From Tubulanus polymorphus (Eukaryota; Animalia; Nemertea): a stretch of 64,000 bases of DNA. Both the position numbers and the translations under genes were made by a program. Location of the stretch: contig NC_134031.1 of assembly GCF_964204645.1 (NCBI RefSeq), forward strand, positions 682,001 to 746,000, in the 5' to 3' direction. The notes beneath the pieces are model-generated. The model ran no database searches. It saw nothing but the letters and a program-made list of their open reading frames with translations, and was not told where the DNA came from. Positions 40,401 through 52,717 of the stretch are shown in pieces (the stretch's first letter is position 1; every line of letters begins with the position of its first letter).

Positions 40401-43400
40401 AGAGATGACCTGAGTGAATATTACTGGTGGTACTGGTATATACTGTGAGATACAGGAAGGAGTGAATGAATCTCATCAAATATTGATTTCAGATCAATAA
40501 CTTATACTGACCTTCACTGATCAATCAATCAACACAGACAACATCCATATAGTTACATATCTGTGGTGGACTAGTGTTTATCAGATTCCATGATAAGACA
40601 TTTGAATTACTGAGTTATATTTGAATGTGTAGGGCACCAGTTTTATCAGTTAGAAGAAATTAATCAAATGTAAGCTTAGCAGTGACTGAACAGCAGCTTG
40701 ATGAAAACACTGTAGTTTAGCATCTAATAATCATGCAGTTCATGTGACCATTGTTCAGCAGCACTACCACCACCAGCACTACCACCATCAGCACTACCAC
40801 CATCAGCACTACCACCACCAGCACTACCACCATCAGCACTACCACCACCAGCACTACCACCATCAGCAGCACCACTAGCAGCCCCAGCACCAGTACCATC
40901 AGCAGTAGCAGCAGCAGCACTACCACCACCAGCACTACCACCAGCAGCCCCAGCACCAGTACCATCAGCAGCAGCAGCACTACCACCACCAGCACTACCA
41001 CCACCAGCACTACCACCATCAGCACCAGTACCATCAGCAGCAGCAGCAGCAGCAGCAGCAGCACTACCACCACCAGCACCAGTACCATCAGCAGTACCAC
41101 CAGCACTGGCAGCACCACTAGCAGCAGCAGCACCAGTACCATCAGCAGCCACACTACCACCAGCAGTACCAGTACCAGCACCAGTACCATCAGCAGTATC
41201 ACCAGCACTGGCAGCAGCAGCAGCACCAGTATCATCAGCAGCCACACTACCACCAGCAGTACCAGTACCAGCAGCAGTGGCAGAAGCAGAACCAGAACCA
41301 GCAGCGGCAGCAGCAGCAGCAGTACCACCAGCAGTACCAGTACCAGCAGCAGTGGCAGCAGCAGAACCAGAACCAGCAGCGGCAGCAGCAGCAGCAGCAG
41401 TAGTAGTCCCCTCTCTAACCCCCCCCTCAGTAAGAATGATATATCAATAAAATCATCACGTTTACATATTAAACAACACAAATAGGATGACAAAGTCATC
41501 ATCAAACTGTCCTCCTCTAATACTGAATTATGCATGTATAATATGAACCTCATTGACTGTGTACTCCCAGGCACATCCCCTCCCAGTCACTGCCTGCCTC
41601 ATACAAATTTTCTTGAAATTTGAGACCAGGACATTTCAGATTCTCCCCCCGATCTCCTTTCAGATTCCCCCTCCACCCTACTTCACCCCATCTCCCTTTC
41701 CATCTCATACTATTGAGAAATCATTCATTCATTGATGATTTTAGTTGTGTATTTTTTTTCCGATGTAGGCACCGTGCGTTCAAGTGTTCTAACAACGATA
41801 ATGATTCCAGTTTTCATTGATTTTTTGTCAGATACAGATCTAACGTAGAACGAAGTGTAGAATGCGGCGAGAGACTGTGAACTGGTAATAGGAATTCCTG
41901 GAACTAAGGAGTGACAGCACCAGTCTTTACTGCAGCTACACGCATCGCATATCTCACCACGTTTAAATATTGCTATCCAATCAAAATTATGATTAATCTC
42001 AAAATTCTGGTAGCCATTATTTAGATTAGTGCGTACATTATATGTCAAAATCCCAAACGTCATAATTTTTTAGTCTTAATTATTCGCGATTCAATTTACA
42101 AAGTGTAAGCCATGGATAGAATGAGTGAGTGAGTGAGTGAATGAGTGAGTGAGGGTAGGCTGTGGTGAATGAGTGAGTGAATGAGTGAGTGAGTGAGGGT
42201 AGGCTGTGGTGAGTGAGTGAGTGAGTGAGTGAGGGTAGGCTGTGGTGAGTCTCCTTATCCTGGATTTGACCCATGTATCACTATTCCTGCTGCCTGAATA
42301 CGGCTAGAACCCTGGATTCTAAACAACCAGTCAACCGATTGAAAATAAAAACACTCAAATATACGACAACAACAACAAAAATGCCGACAAAAAAGAACAA
42401 ATCTTAAATCTATAAACAAGTAAGAATTTAGCCCTCTGAAAACTGATCTTGTAATATATCAACTATCAGTGATTCAACGGAACAAAGAGCAAACCTCGAA
42501 TTACATTAGAAAAACAAAATCCCATCAAAAATTTGAGAAAATACATTTAGCACTAGATAAATCATAGAGTGTAGGAATAGAGAATCTACGTGTGATTCGT
42601 GATTCACGATTCACGACGTTCGGTGATATTCAAAATCACGAGAGAATTCGATTTATCGCTTAATAACCGACACCAAACATAATACGATTACCAACTAGAA
42701 CTACTGTCTATAGATGGCAGCACTGCTCAGCACCGGCGCCGGCAGTGTCGCAGAAAACCGGATAGAAGCACATCGAAAAATAAATAAACGCGAAATAATA
42801 GATAAGAACTGATGATGTCCGGGGTGATTTGAAGCGAGCGGATTAACCCATAGCCAAACTGACAACGATTTACAATAATATTAAACAGCACAATTTAAAA
42901 CTTACAATTGAGTAGAACTGGATGTGAACCCTTTAGCATGTCTGAAGAGAACAGAATATAAATATATATGCGTTAAACAACCGGGTCTTATCCAGTAGAA
43001 ACATCACATACCACACCACACACCACTCAAACCCCCACATACCACACCACACTCATAGCACTTAAACCCCCACATACCACACCACACACATACCACTCAA
43101 ACCCCCACATACCACACCAAACACATACCACTCAAACCCCCACATACCACACCACACACATACCACTCAAACCCCCACATACCACACCACACTCATAGCA
43201 CTTAAACCCCCACATACCACACCAAACACATACCACTCAAACCCCCACATACCACACCACACACATACCACTCAAACCCCCACATACCACACCACACTCA
43301 TACCACTCAAGCCCCCACATACTACACCACACTCATACCACTCAAACCCCCACATACCACACCACACACATACCACTCAAACCCCCACATACCACACCAC

Positions 43401-46400
43401 ACACATACCACTCAAACCCCCACATACCACACCACACACATACCACTCAAACCCCCACATACCACACCACACACATACCACTCAAACCCCCACATACCAC
43501 ACCACACACATACCACTCAAACCCCCACATACCACACCACACACATACCACTCAAACCCCCACATACCATACCACACACATACCACTCAAACCCCCAAAT
43601 ACCATACCACACTCATAGCACTTAAACCCCCACATACCACACCACACACATACCACTCAAACCCCCACATACCACACCACACACATACCACTCAAACCCC
43701 CATATACCACACCAAACTCATAGCACTTAAACCCCCACATACCACACCACACTCATACCACTCAAACCCCCACATACCACACTCACACAACACAACATGC
43801 AAAATGTAAAAAATTCATTAAGACTAAATCTTCATGAATTTTTGATAATAATGTCACTTTAATTAATAACTACTAACAGGCCATGAAATAACCAACCGTT
43901 ACCACTAGGGGGCGCTGATGTATGGAACAATCATAAGGTATTGCTCAATGCACTATTCACCCACTAGGGGCGCTGATGTATGAAAAAACCATTAGGTATC
44001 GCTCTGACACACTATAAAACCACCAGGTGGCTCTGAAACACGAAACGACCACCAGGTGGCGCTCAGATACACAATATAGCCACTAGGGGGCGCTGACATA
44101 TGTCAAACCATCATACAAAATACTTCTGCGCTTTAGAATCAATCTATAATCAATCAGTTTTTTAGATCGACACAAATTTCATTAAAAATGTTATTGAATG
44201 TATAAGAGATAACAAAGGAGAAGGAAGAGGAGAAGAAGAAGGAGTACATACCGGTCTTCTTTACTCGCTTTAGAATAATAAGCCCTCATTCTAATAGCCG
44301 AATAAAATGAGAATGATTCATTGAGATAGTTCGTTTCACTGGTTCGTAAACTATAATGAGGAGTAGAGAGAATGTCGTTCAATTAAACCGTGTCGTCTCT
44401 TCATACGTTTCATCGTTTCAAATACTTACTAATAATGATAATAAAGCTGCCCAATTTTCGAGGCTATTTCTCCTATTTGCCATCGTTTTAAGCCATATTT
44501 TGTGTCCAAAATTTGTCTGTAAAAAATTGCATGAATTTTAGTAGAGTAGCCGTGTTAACCAGGTTCAAAATAAGTAACGAGACGAGTAGTACTGTGTAGG
44601 TTAACTATTTATTTGACGCACGAGCTTTCGCTTCTAATGAATAGTAGCTTTATCACTCATTCACCTGATGAAGCTTCTTTCTATAGGCCTATATTAGAAG
44701 CGAAAGCTTGTGCGTCAAATAAACTAGTTAACCTATATAGTACTACTCGTCTCATTACTTATGAATTTTAGTCAATAGGTAAAGATAGTTAACGCTTTTA
44801 TTTTGTAACAGGGGTCGACTCGAGAAGTGAATGGAGCGGAATGCCATTTCCTGGTGGACCGTCAAACGTCACACGCGAGGAATCCTCAATTGCCGCAGTA
44901 ACATTTTTCTACTTGGCATGAATTTATCAAGAATCGAGTTGAACATGAAATTATGATATACAACAGCGCAATATGTGATGAATATGTGTGAACTCCTCGC
45001 GCAGCCCGAACTGAGAGAGAGTCTGGATGATGATGCCACGGTTGTCGTGGAGACTACACTGCATCTCGACTACCAACGACGACGTCTGACACATACGGGA
45101 ATTGGTTACCGTGGTAACCGGTAGTATCTAATCGATGCGCATACATAGACAGCAACGCGATGACGACGACATGCTTTTTGGATTTATATATATATATATA
45201 TATACACGAGCTCAGGGACTAGGTCCAGGGAACGGGATGAGACACAAATCTCATCCTAATCTCGTGGTATCGATTTCATGGATTTGTCACCTACCGACTG
45301 ATAGTAGCAAGGGCAACGAGAGGTGGATCCAGTAAAATTGGGAATCGGGGTTAAACAGAAAGGTCGCAGCATTTTTCGGAAAAAGTAGCCACGCGTTTAA
45401 GGCTGCATATTGGGTTCCCGAAAAATGTAACAAGCAGAAAGAAATGTACAAGAAAAAATGCAATTTCGCGTCGAGAGCTGATCAGTTTCATCTCCGGGCT
45501 TCGACGTTAACTCAGGACCCAGAAAAATCAGAATTGTTTAAATAAGAGTTTAAAAGCCTCTCATTACCTATAATCTATCGTTAATCAGGCTCTGAATGAA
45601 CATTATTAATTACACTTACCGGTTTTGTTGTTGGAATTTCCATAATTTCGTATAAACGTCAAATGTGCGACCGAAATAAGACTGCCACTGTTTGTGCCCA
45701 TATTGAGGCAGATCCCTAAAAAATACATACAATTAAATTAAATCATAAACAATTACAATCATTTTACTGAACATTTCTTTTTTATGATGGATAACTCAAG
45801 GGGAACCCGAGAACAGTGTGAATACCAGATGATCTTACGGGTTACCCCTAGAACAGTGTGAATACCAGATGATCTTACGGGTTACCCCTAGAACAGTGTG
45901 AATACCAGATGATCTTACGGGTTACCCCTAGAACAGAGTGAATACAAGCTGATCTTAAGGGTTACCCCTAGAACAGTGTGAATACTAGCTGAACGTACGG
46001 GTTACCCTTAGAACAGTGTGAATACCAGCAGATCTTACGGGTTACCCCTAGAACAGCATGAATACTAGCTGATCTTACGGGTTACCCCTAGAACAGTGTG
46101 AATACTAGCTGAACGTACGGGTTACCCTTAGAACAGTATAAATACCAGCTGATCTTACGGGTTACCCCTAGAACAGTGTGAATACCAGCTGATCTTACGG
46201 GTTACCCCTAGAACAGTGTGAATACCAGCTGATCTTACGGGTTACCCCTAGAACAGCATGAATACTAGCTGACCTGACAGGTTAACCAGAAGAAAAGCCC
46301 AGAGAGAGACTGATAAGGGTAGTGACAAGGCAGGCAGGCGTAATGTGTATTATGGTGTAGTGTAGGGAGGTTTGACCTCCCTGTCACTACCGTCCAGGGA

Positions 46401-48569
46401 GGTTGGACCACCCTGGTAGCGACAAGGCAGGCAGGCGTAGTGTGTTTTGTGTAGGTAGCGACAGGGAGGTTGGACAGGCGTGATGTGTATGGTGTAGTGT
46501 AGGGAGGTTTGACCTCCCTGTCACTACCGTCCAGGGAGGTTGGACCATCCTGGTAGCGACAAGGCAGGCAGGCGTAGTGTGATTTTGTGTAGGTAGCGAC
46601 AGGGAGGTTGGACAGGCGTGATGTGTATGGTGTAGTGTAGGGAGGTTTGACCTCCCTGTCACTACCGTCCAGGGAGGTTGGACAGGCGTGATGTGTATGG
46701 TGTTGTGTATGTGAGTGTGAATTATTAAAATACTGATATAAATCATCATCAACTTGTTGAATTATACATGAAATACATATAATAATTAGATAAATGATAA
46801 TCAAACCAGACCCACTGTCTTTACTGTCTATTTCTATGACTACTGTCTGATACTATCTATTCTCTACTGTCCGATACTGCTGTCTAATTTCTACTCTCTG
46901 ATACTGACTTTCTACTCTCTACTCTCTTTACTGTCTATTTCTGTGACAACTGTCTGATACTGTCTATTTCTGTGACTACTGTCTGATACTGCCTGATCTC
47001 TACTGTCTTTACTGTCTATTTCTATGACTACTGTCTGATACTGTCTATTCTCTACTGTCCGATACTGCTGTCTAATCTCTACTTTCTGATACTGACTTTC
47101 TACTCTCTACTGTCTTTACTGTCTATTTCTGTGACGACTGTCTGATACTGTCTATTCTCTACTGTCCGATACTGCTGTCTAATCTCTACTCTCTGATACT
47201 GACTTTCTACTCTCTACTGTCTTTACTGTCTATTTCTGTGACGACTGTCTGATACTGTCTATTCTCTACTGTCCGATACTGCTGTCTAATCTCTACTCTC
47301 TGATACTGACTTTCTACTCTCTACTGTCTTTACTGTCTATTTCTGTGACAACTGTCTGATACTGTCTATTTCTGTGACTACTGTCTGATACTGTCTGATC
47401 TCTACTGTCTTTACTGTCTATTTCTGTGATGACTGTCTGATACTGTCTATTTCTGTGACTACTGTCTGATACTGTCTATTTCTGTGACTACTGTCTGATA
47501 CTGTCTGATCTCTACTGTCTGATACTGTCTATTTCTGTGATGACTGTCTGATACTGTCTATTTCTGTGACTACTGTCTGAAACTGTCTGATCTCTACTGT
47601 CTTTACTGTCTATTTCTGTGACAACTGTCTGATACTGTCTATTTCTGTGACTACTGTCTGATACTGTCTGATCTCTACTGTCTTTACTGTCTATTTCTGT
47701 GATGACTGTCTGATACTGTCTATTTCTGTGACTAATGTCTGAAACTGTCTGATCTCTACTGTCTTTACTGTCTATTTCTGTGACAACTGTCTGATACTGT
47801 CTATTTCTGTGACTACTGTCTGATACTGTCTGATCTCTACTGTCTTTACTGTCTATTTCTGTGATGACTGTCTGATACTGTCTATTTCTGTGACTAATGT
47901 CTGAAACTGTCTGATCTCTACTGTCTTTACTGTCTATTTCTGTGACGACTGTCTGATACTGTCTATTTCTGTGACTACTGTCTGATACTGTCTGATCTCT
48001 ACTGTCTTTACTGTCTATTTCTGTGATGACTGTCTGATACTGTCTATTTCTGTGACTAATGTCTGAAACTGTCTACTCTCTACTGTCTTTACTGTCTATT
48101 TCTGTGACGACTGTCTGATACTGTCTATTTCTGTGACTACTGTCTGATCTCTACTGTCTTTGCTGTCTATTTCTGTGACTCTACTGTGTTACTGTCTTCT
48201 CCTCACTGTCTACATGTCACTTGTCAAAACTGCAACTTGTACTGTGTATCCATTAGAGTGTCTATATGATGTCTATTAACTCTGTCCACTGACTATTGAA
48301 TTGTCTACTACTAGGTCAGGGACTACAGCGGCTAACTATGGTGGGTCTTGGTCTGGTATTGACAATTAACCGCTGTCATGCCGTTTCAGACTAAAGACTG
48401 AACTGCAAGTTAAACACATATATAGGAGGTAGCCTTAGCTGTCCTACCTTAATCCATTAAATAACTGTTTAGATTTTTCAAGTAGATGACAAAATTCATT
48501 GACTATTTTCTTTTCATGTTCATCCATCTGTATGTCGATGTTAGAGTTTGATTGTGCGGATCTTAACAT
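28420..48569 (-). CDS. SCAI: Protein SCAI; core exons 48569-48448, 45715-45620, 44516-44430, 44350-44252, 39154-39058, 38034-37783, 37149-37027, 32220-32040, 31127-31031, 30953-30872, 30684-30612, 30522-30349, 29914-29815, 28563-28420 (plus candidate cassette exons)
   Basis: EFCHLLEKSKQLFNGLRDLPQYG..QWQSYFGRTFDVYTKLWKFQQ, LKRWQIGEIASKIGQLYYHYYLRTSE, KKLRYYARF, NPHKYLLYKPT, PGDLYPYTRKPLFLIVDS; in-frame GT-AG junctions. Confidence 0.96.
28696..28930 (+). mobile_element. Penelope-type fold-back insert (family A) with a hammerhead motif in the loop
   Basis: ~78-bp inverted repeat 28731-28808/28853-28930; flanking direct repeat TCATTCGGATGATCG. Confidence 0.8.
29046..29178. mobile_element. MITE family 3; second copy 51900-52037
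   Basis: gtttcacgaaaaa...ttttcgtgaaac TIRs and shared interior aactcaaat.tttggtgtaattgc. Confidence 0.75.
31265..31962. repeat. Two related 27-bp minisatellites in SCAI intron
   Basis: ccatagactgttcagtccctggcctag units, then cccatgtctcatgagtccctgtagtca units. Confidence 0.92.
32486..32630. mobile_element. MITE family 2 (TIR GGGGCCAGTTGCACAGTC); copies 26808-26942, 60693-60836, degenerate 26430-26553
   Basis: Terminal inverted repeats and a near-identical interior at three loci. Confidence 0.85.
33378..36367 (-). other. SCAI: Candidate SCAI mini/micro-exons: 36367-36344, 34593-34588, 34479-34444, 33965-33960, 33407-33378
   Basis: Each has a TAG acceptor and a GTA donor (GTAAG x3, GTATC, GTAAA); lengths 24/6/36/6/30 nt, phase 0, no stops. 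Confidence 0.65.
34863..36087. repeat. 21-bp purine-rich minisatellite (~1.2 kb)
   Basis: ggagaggctggagggagcagt units. Confidence 0.95.
37210..37762. repeat. 60-bp satellite (about 9 units), same family as 53964-54822
   Basis: cagtagactccgctcaagtcagatcttttgacttgagagtgatatctgagttggatggta. Confidence 0.95.
38169..39044. repeat. 40-bp minisatellite
   Basis: gtgaggatccaccagttggactagtgactagcctactgtt units. Confidence 0.95.
39640..41405. repeat. Low-complexity tracts: ACC/ACT-rich, actgaccagtagagag units, and CAG/CAC microsatellite
   Basis: Direct inspection. Confidence 0.9.
42906..42941 (-). other. SCAI: Candidate 36-nt SCAI cassette exon (HAKGFTSSSTQ)
   Basis: ttctcttcag acceptor, gtaag donor, phase 2-2 matching the flanking exons, no stop. 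Confidence 0.65.
43006..43785. repeat. 35-bp CA-rich minisatellite
   Basis: acccccacataccacaccacacacataccactcaa units. Confidence 0.95.
43900..44097 (+). promoter_or_regulatory. Array of CTCF-consensus motifs
   Basis: CCACTAGGGGGCGCTG (43902, 44080), CCACTAGGGGCGCTG (43961), CCACCAGGTGGCTCTG (44020), CCACCAGGTGGCGCTC (44049). Confidence 0.7.
44543..44760 (+). mobile_element. Penelope-type fold-back insert (family B) with hammerhead motif at 44662-44712
   Basis: Inverted repeat 44571-44638/44693-44761; CAC-CTGATGA-A-GCTTCT..AGAAGC-GAAA-GCTT-GTG; flanking ATGAATTTTAGT duplication. Confidence 0.8.
45810..48180. repeat. Minisatellite block in SCAI intron 1: 40-bp (45810-46272), ~135-bp (46318-46705), actgtct-rich (46814-48180)
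   Basis: Direct inspection. Confidence 0.92.
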
Positions 48570-48599
48570 CTCCGGCAGCGGCACCAGTAGTAACACCCT

Positions 48600-49440
48600 C
48601 ACTCAGCAATCAGCAGGACCCGGCCAGCAGCAGCAGGGGAACAGTAACAAACATCGGGTTATAAATAAATCCTATCCTCAAAGCCTCGCATTCGTCGGTA
48701 TTTTTACACGACAGACGATTCCAGCACTAATAATAATTATCCGATCTTGTTCATCGTTTTAATCCCTTTCAACTAGTTACACTAGTTACTGGTTACTGTA
48801 TTTCAGTAATTACACCGCTGATATTATTGTTTATGTGTATTGTATTCACTTCCTGGTTGGTATGAAGGGAAACCACTGACGTCATTAGTTCGCTCGTCTT
48901 CCGCTGCGAAGTGATGGTGGCAGCACCAGTAGAGCCTCATTCGATAGTCGTCATTCGCCAATCGCTGTCCGTCATTAGGGTTAGGATTAGGGTTAGCATA
49001 GGGGTTATGGTAAGGTTTCGTCATTCGTCATCAGATACAACATTCATCATCCGTCAATAGTCGATCGTCGTTACGATCCACGCGAATCTCGGAGCCACCC
49101 CAATTTTGATTATATTGTTGTCGTTCACAGCAATAAAATAGACATACGTTTCACAATATAAAGTGCAATGATTGAAAAAGATAATGAAAAATTGAAATGA
49201 AAGGTTGATAGATTTCAACAGCTTTTTGCGCCACCGACCGTGGTTTTCTGGTATCGCACCGACCATCTCAAGGTCGTAGAGCTACCAGGGAGAAGTTGTT
49301 TTAATTCCTGAGAATTTCTACCAATTCTCACTGTTATTTCTGTTTCTAGGTCCTCGGGAAATTCAAGTTTACAGTCTGATCTACACTTTATTTAATTCTT
49401 TTATATTTTTGGCCAGAAATCGATCGAGGCAAGCAAGTAA
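48600..49440. promoter_or_regulatory. Putative bidirectional promoter between SCAI and the zinc-finger gene
   Basis: Divergent ATGs ~1 kb apart (48569 -, 49582 +); TGACGTCA CRE palindrome near 48877. Confidence 0.5.
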
Positions 49441-49581
49441 ATGCCGGAAGGGGTCTGATGAAACTGGACTTACTTACACCTCTCTCTCACTCACTCTCTC
49501 GCTTAAAACGCTCAGAGCCTCCATCGCTTGAAACAAACTTTTCATTTTTCTCAGATTTTTCACTGATCTGATTTGCTGATC

Positions 49582-51772
49582 ATGTTGTTATTGGACGGCG
49601 TCGAGATTTATATTTCAAAATCAAAACTGGAGAATTGTTTGCAGCGCCACCTGGATTGGTTAGATGAAATAGTAACGTCGGTAGATGATATAACTTGGAG
49701 CCGATGGGCAGCACAGCGATTACAGAGAGGTACTCGATCTGGTGGTAGATGGGATCGGTTTAGGGGAACTGATATGTTGTCTAGCTAGTATTCAGATAAG
49801 GAGGGGTATGGAGTGAGGGTAGTTAGTTACCTAATCGTTGGTGGTAAGCTTTTTATAATCGGATGGGCTTATACCAACATGGCTTATTGTGGTTTGTGAA
49901 AATATCCGATCATGAAACTAAACCACAGTCAGGTTACTGACTAGAGTGAGGGGTGATCGGATTGGGAGGGAGGGATGATTGATTTGGGATGGAGGGATGA
50001 TGGGGTACTGGGTAGGGAGGGAGGGATTATGGGGTACTGGGTAGGGAGGGAGGGATGATGGGGTACTGGGTAGGGAGGGAGGGGGTGGAAATTGGTTTAA
50101 TTTTGTGTACATCGCTTAACAAAATAGTTTATGACACTTGCACAATTTACTGTGAAACCTAGTCTGAATATCAGTCGTTGTAACGGGTTTCCCCGGCTAG
50201 GTACTAGACTAGGTGAAACCTAGCTTTGATGATCATTATGTTGATGACTTCAGATCACGTCTTACGCAGATATTGAGACTGAGAATATAAGAGATGACTT
50301 CTGTTGGGTGAAGAATTATCTAAATGATGACATAACCTGTGAAATAAAAATCCCACAGTTGATAAGATGCCTCAATGTTTTCATCATGTTGAAGATTTTT
50401 AAACTTTTGTTGTTGAATCAGTGAGTCGACTGGCACTGATATGTGTCCTACCTGTATAACATGGTTTCACTAGGATTCGAAGTCAAACACCTTATCCACC
50501 ATGCCACAGGACAGGACAGTTGATAAAAGTTTCAGGATTTTGTCTCAATGTTTTCACTGTATATTATGAATTATCAGTCGTTATACACAAGTTTGTTTTT
50601 AATTCAGGAGTTGATTCAGGTGGTTGCGACATCTCCTCATCACCGCGTTCGATAAAACCTAAACGCAAATCGACGCCAGCTACTGCAGATATACCACGTG
50701 AAACGTTGGGAAACAAGCGTCAAAAACAAACAACGAATCATCATCATGAATCACCCTCGATTCCGAAGATTCACGTCGGAGATAAGGATACATCGTGCAT
50801 CGGTTCAGAAAGTGATGTTTCATCTCAATATCAGTTTAATGAACAAATTGCTTTAAATAGAGTGGATGAAATTAGCAGTCAAGATATAAAAATAGAGCCA
50901 GAAGACGAGAATGATGTATTGATTATTAGTCGCGATCGGGAACAAGATGATTGTAATTTTTATGTGCAAGATTCAGAAGAACTGAACCAAGGTAAAACAG
51001 GGCCATCAGAGTATGGGAGGGGGTATAATAGAACAGCCTGCTCCCTAACGCTTGAAATTACATTCATGGAGAAGAGAGCCCTGCTTGTAAAGTAAGGCGG
51101 TGTCAAAACTTCTCCCTATACTGGGCAATGCTTGAAATTGCCTACATGCAATCAAGGAGATCAGATGAAATTTCATTAAAAGAATAAAATAGAATTGATA
51201 CTATTTCAACTGACCATTCATTCTCATTTTAATAAGCTACAACTTTTAATTTTGTTCCACTTTGACCAGTTTTGAAAATCTCAGCGTCAATATTCCGCAC
51301 ATGTTCATTGGTATTGTGGTGTATAATTGTGTATCTGTCAATGTCTTATTTTACAGATTCACAGAAAATACGAAACTTGGAAAATTCGTTGAATTTCGAT
51401 ACGACGAAATCCGGATTGAAATTCGAACAATATTTTTCGAACGTCGACGTAAATCGAACGTCGTTTATGACAAATAATTCACAGGTGAACGCGGTTTGTT
51501 CGCGGATGAACACGGCGGTATGTCGAACGAGTCATCGGTGTTCAATTTGTGGCAAGGAGTTCTCTTTTCAATCGAACTTAAGTCGTCACATGAGTTCGCA
51601 TCCAGGATTTTCGCCGTTCGCTTGTAAATTTGAATATTGCACAAAGTCATTTCGAAGTATCGGTAATTTAGAGTCACATCTCGTCAGGGTTCATGGTTAC
51701 AGATATGGTACGGCTGAATTACAAGTTCTACTCAAATCAATGTATCAAAACCATCAACCAAATGTTACTTAG
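49582..51772 (+). CDS. C2H2 zinc-finger protein with two C-terminal fingers; exons 49582-49729, 50608-50991, 51357-51772
   Basis: Phase-compatible GT-AG exons; IKIEP motif; CSICGKEFSFQSNLSRHMSSH and CKFEYCTKSFRSIGNLESHLVRVH. Confidence 0.8.
49822..49950. repeat. Dispersed repeat; inverted copy 53133-53236, related piece near 23300-23330
   Basis: gttagttacctaatcgttggtggtaagctttttataatcggatg...catgaaactaaaccacag. Confidence 0.75.
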
Positions 51773-52040
51773 AAAAAATCTGCGTTTCTGTAAAATGTCA
51801 TTTTGTTTGTTTTTCTGTAAATATATTTATACAATGATTGTTTTTGTGTTGTATATCATATTCTTAATGAGGATGTTTAAAACTGACTCACTGTTGGCCT
51901 GGGGCCCAGTTTCACAAAAAAAATTTAACTCAAATCTTTGGTGTAATTGCTGTTTTGATTACTTGATTTCTTCAACGAGGACAACAATTCAAACTTAACC
52001 GTTTTAAGGCTTACACTTTTTTCGTGAAACTAGGCCCTTG

Positions 52041-52632
52041 AAAATAAACGTAGGTACCCTAGGTTTGGCCTGGAGAATAAACGTAGGTACCCTAGATTTG
52101 GCCTGAGAAATAAACGTAGTTACCCTAGGTTTGGCCTGAGAAATAAACGTAGATGCCCTAGGTTTGGCCTGGAGGATAAACGCAGATACCCTAGGTTTGG
52201 CCTGGGAAATAAACTTAGTTACCCTAGGTTTGGCCTGGGAAATAAACGTAGTTACCCTAGGTTTGGCCTGGGAAATAAACGTAGTTACCCTAGGTTTGGC
52301 CTGAGAAATAAACGTAGATACCCTAGGTTTGGCCTGGAGGATAAACGCAGATACCCTAGGTTTGGCCTGGGAAATAAACGTAGTTACCCTAGGTTTGGCC
52401 TGGAGAGTAAACGGAGATACCCTGGGTATGGCCTGAGAAATAAACGTAGATACCCTAGGTTTGGCCTGGGAAATAAACGTAGATACCCTAGGTTTGGCCT
52501 GGGAAATAAACGCAGATACCCTAGGTTCGGCCTAAGAAATAAACGTAGATACCCTAGGTTCGGCCTGGGAAATAAACGTAGATACCCTAGGTTTGGCCTG
52601 GGAAATAAACGCAGTTACCCTAGGTTTGGCCT
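52041..52632. repeat. 33-bp minisatellite abutting a MITE family 3 end
   Basis: aaataaacgtagataccctaggtttggcctggg units. Confidence 0.95.
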
Positions 52633-52717
52633 GCGAAATGCGGTTACGGAGTGTCACAGAATCAATGATTGTGGACCCGGAAATGATAGATTAACGTGGA
52701 TTACTCAATAATTTTAC

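Noticed and set aside
40717-41574. Poly-Ser/Thr, poly-Leu/Val and Gly/Ala ORFs
   Set aside because: CAG/CAC microsatellite artefacts
45330-45520. Possible intronic snoRNA-like hairpins
   Set aside because: Could not identify convincing C/D or H/ACA boxes by eye
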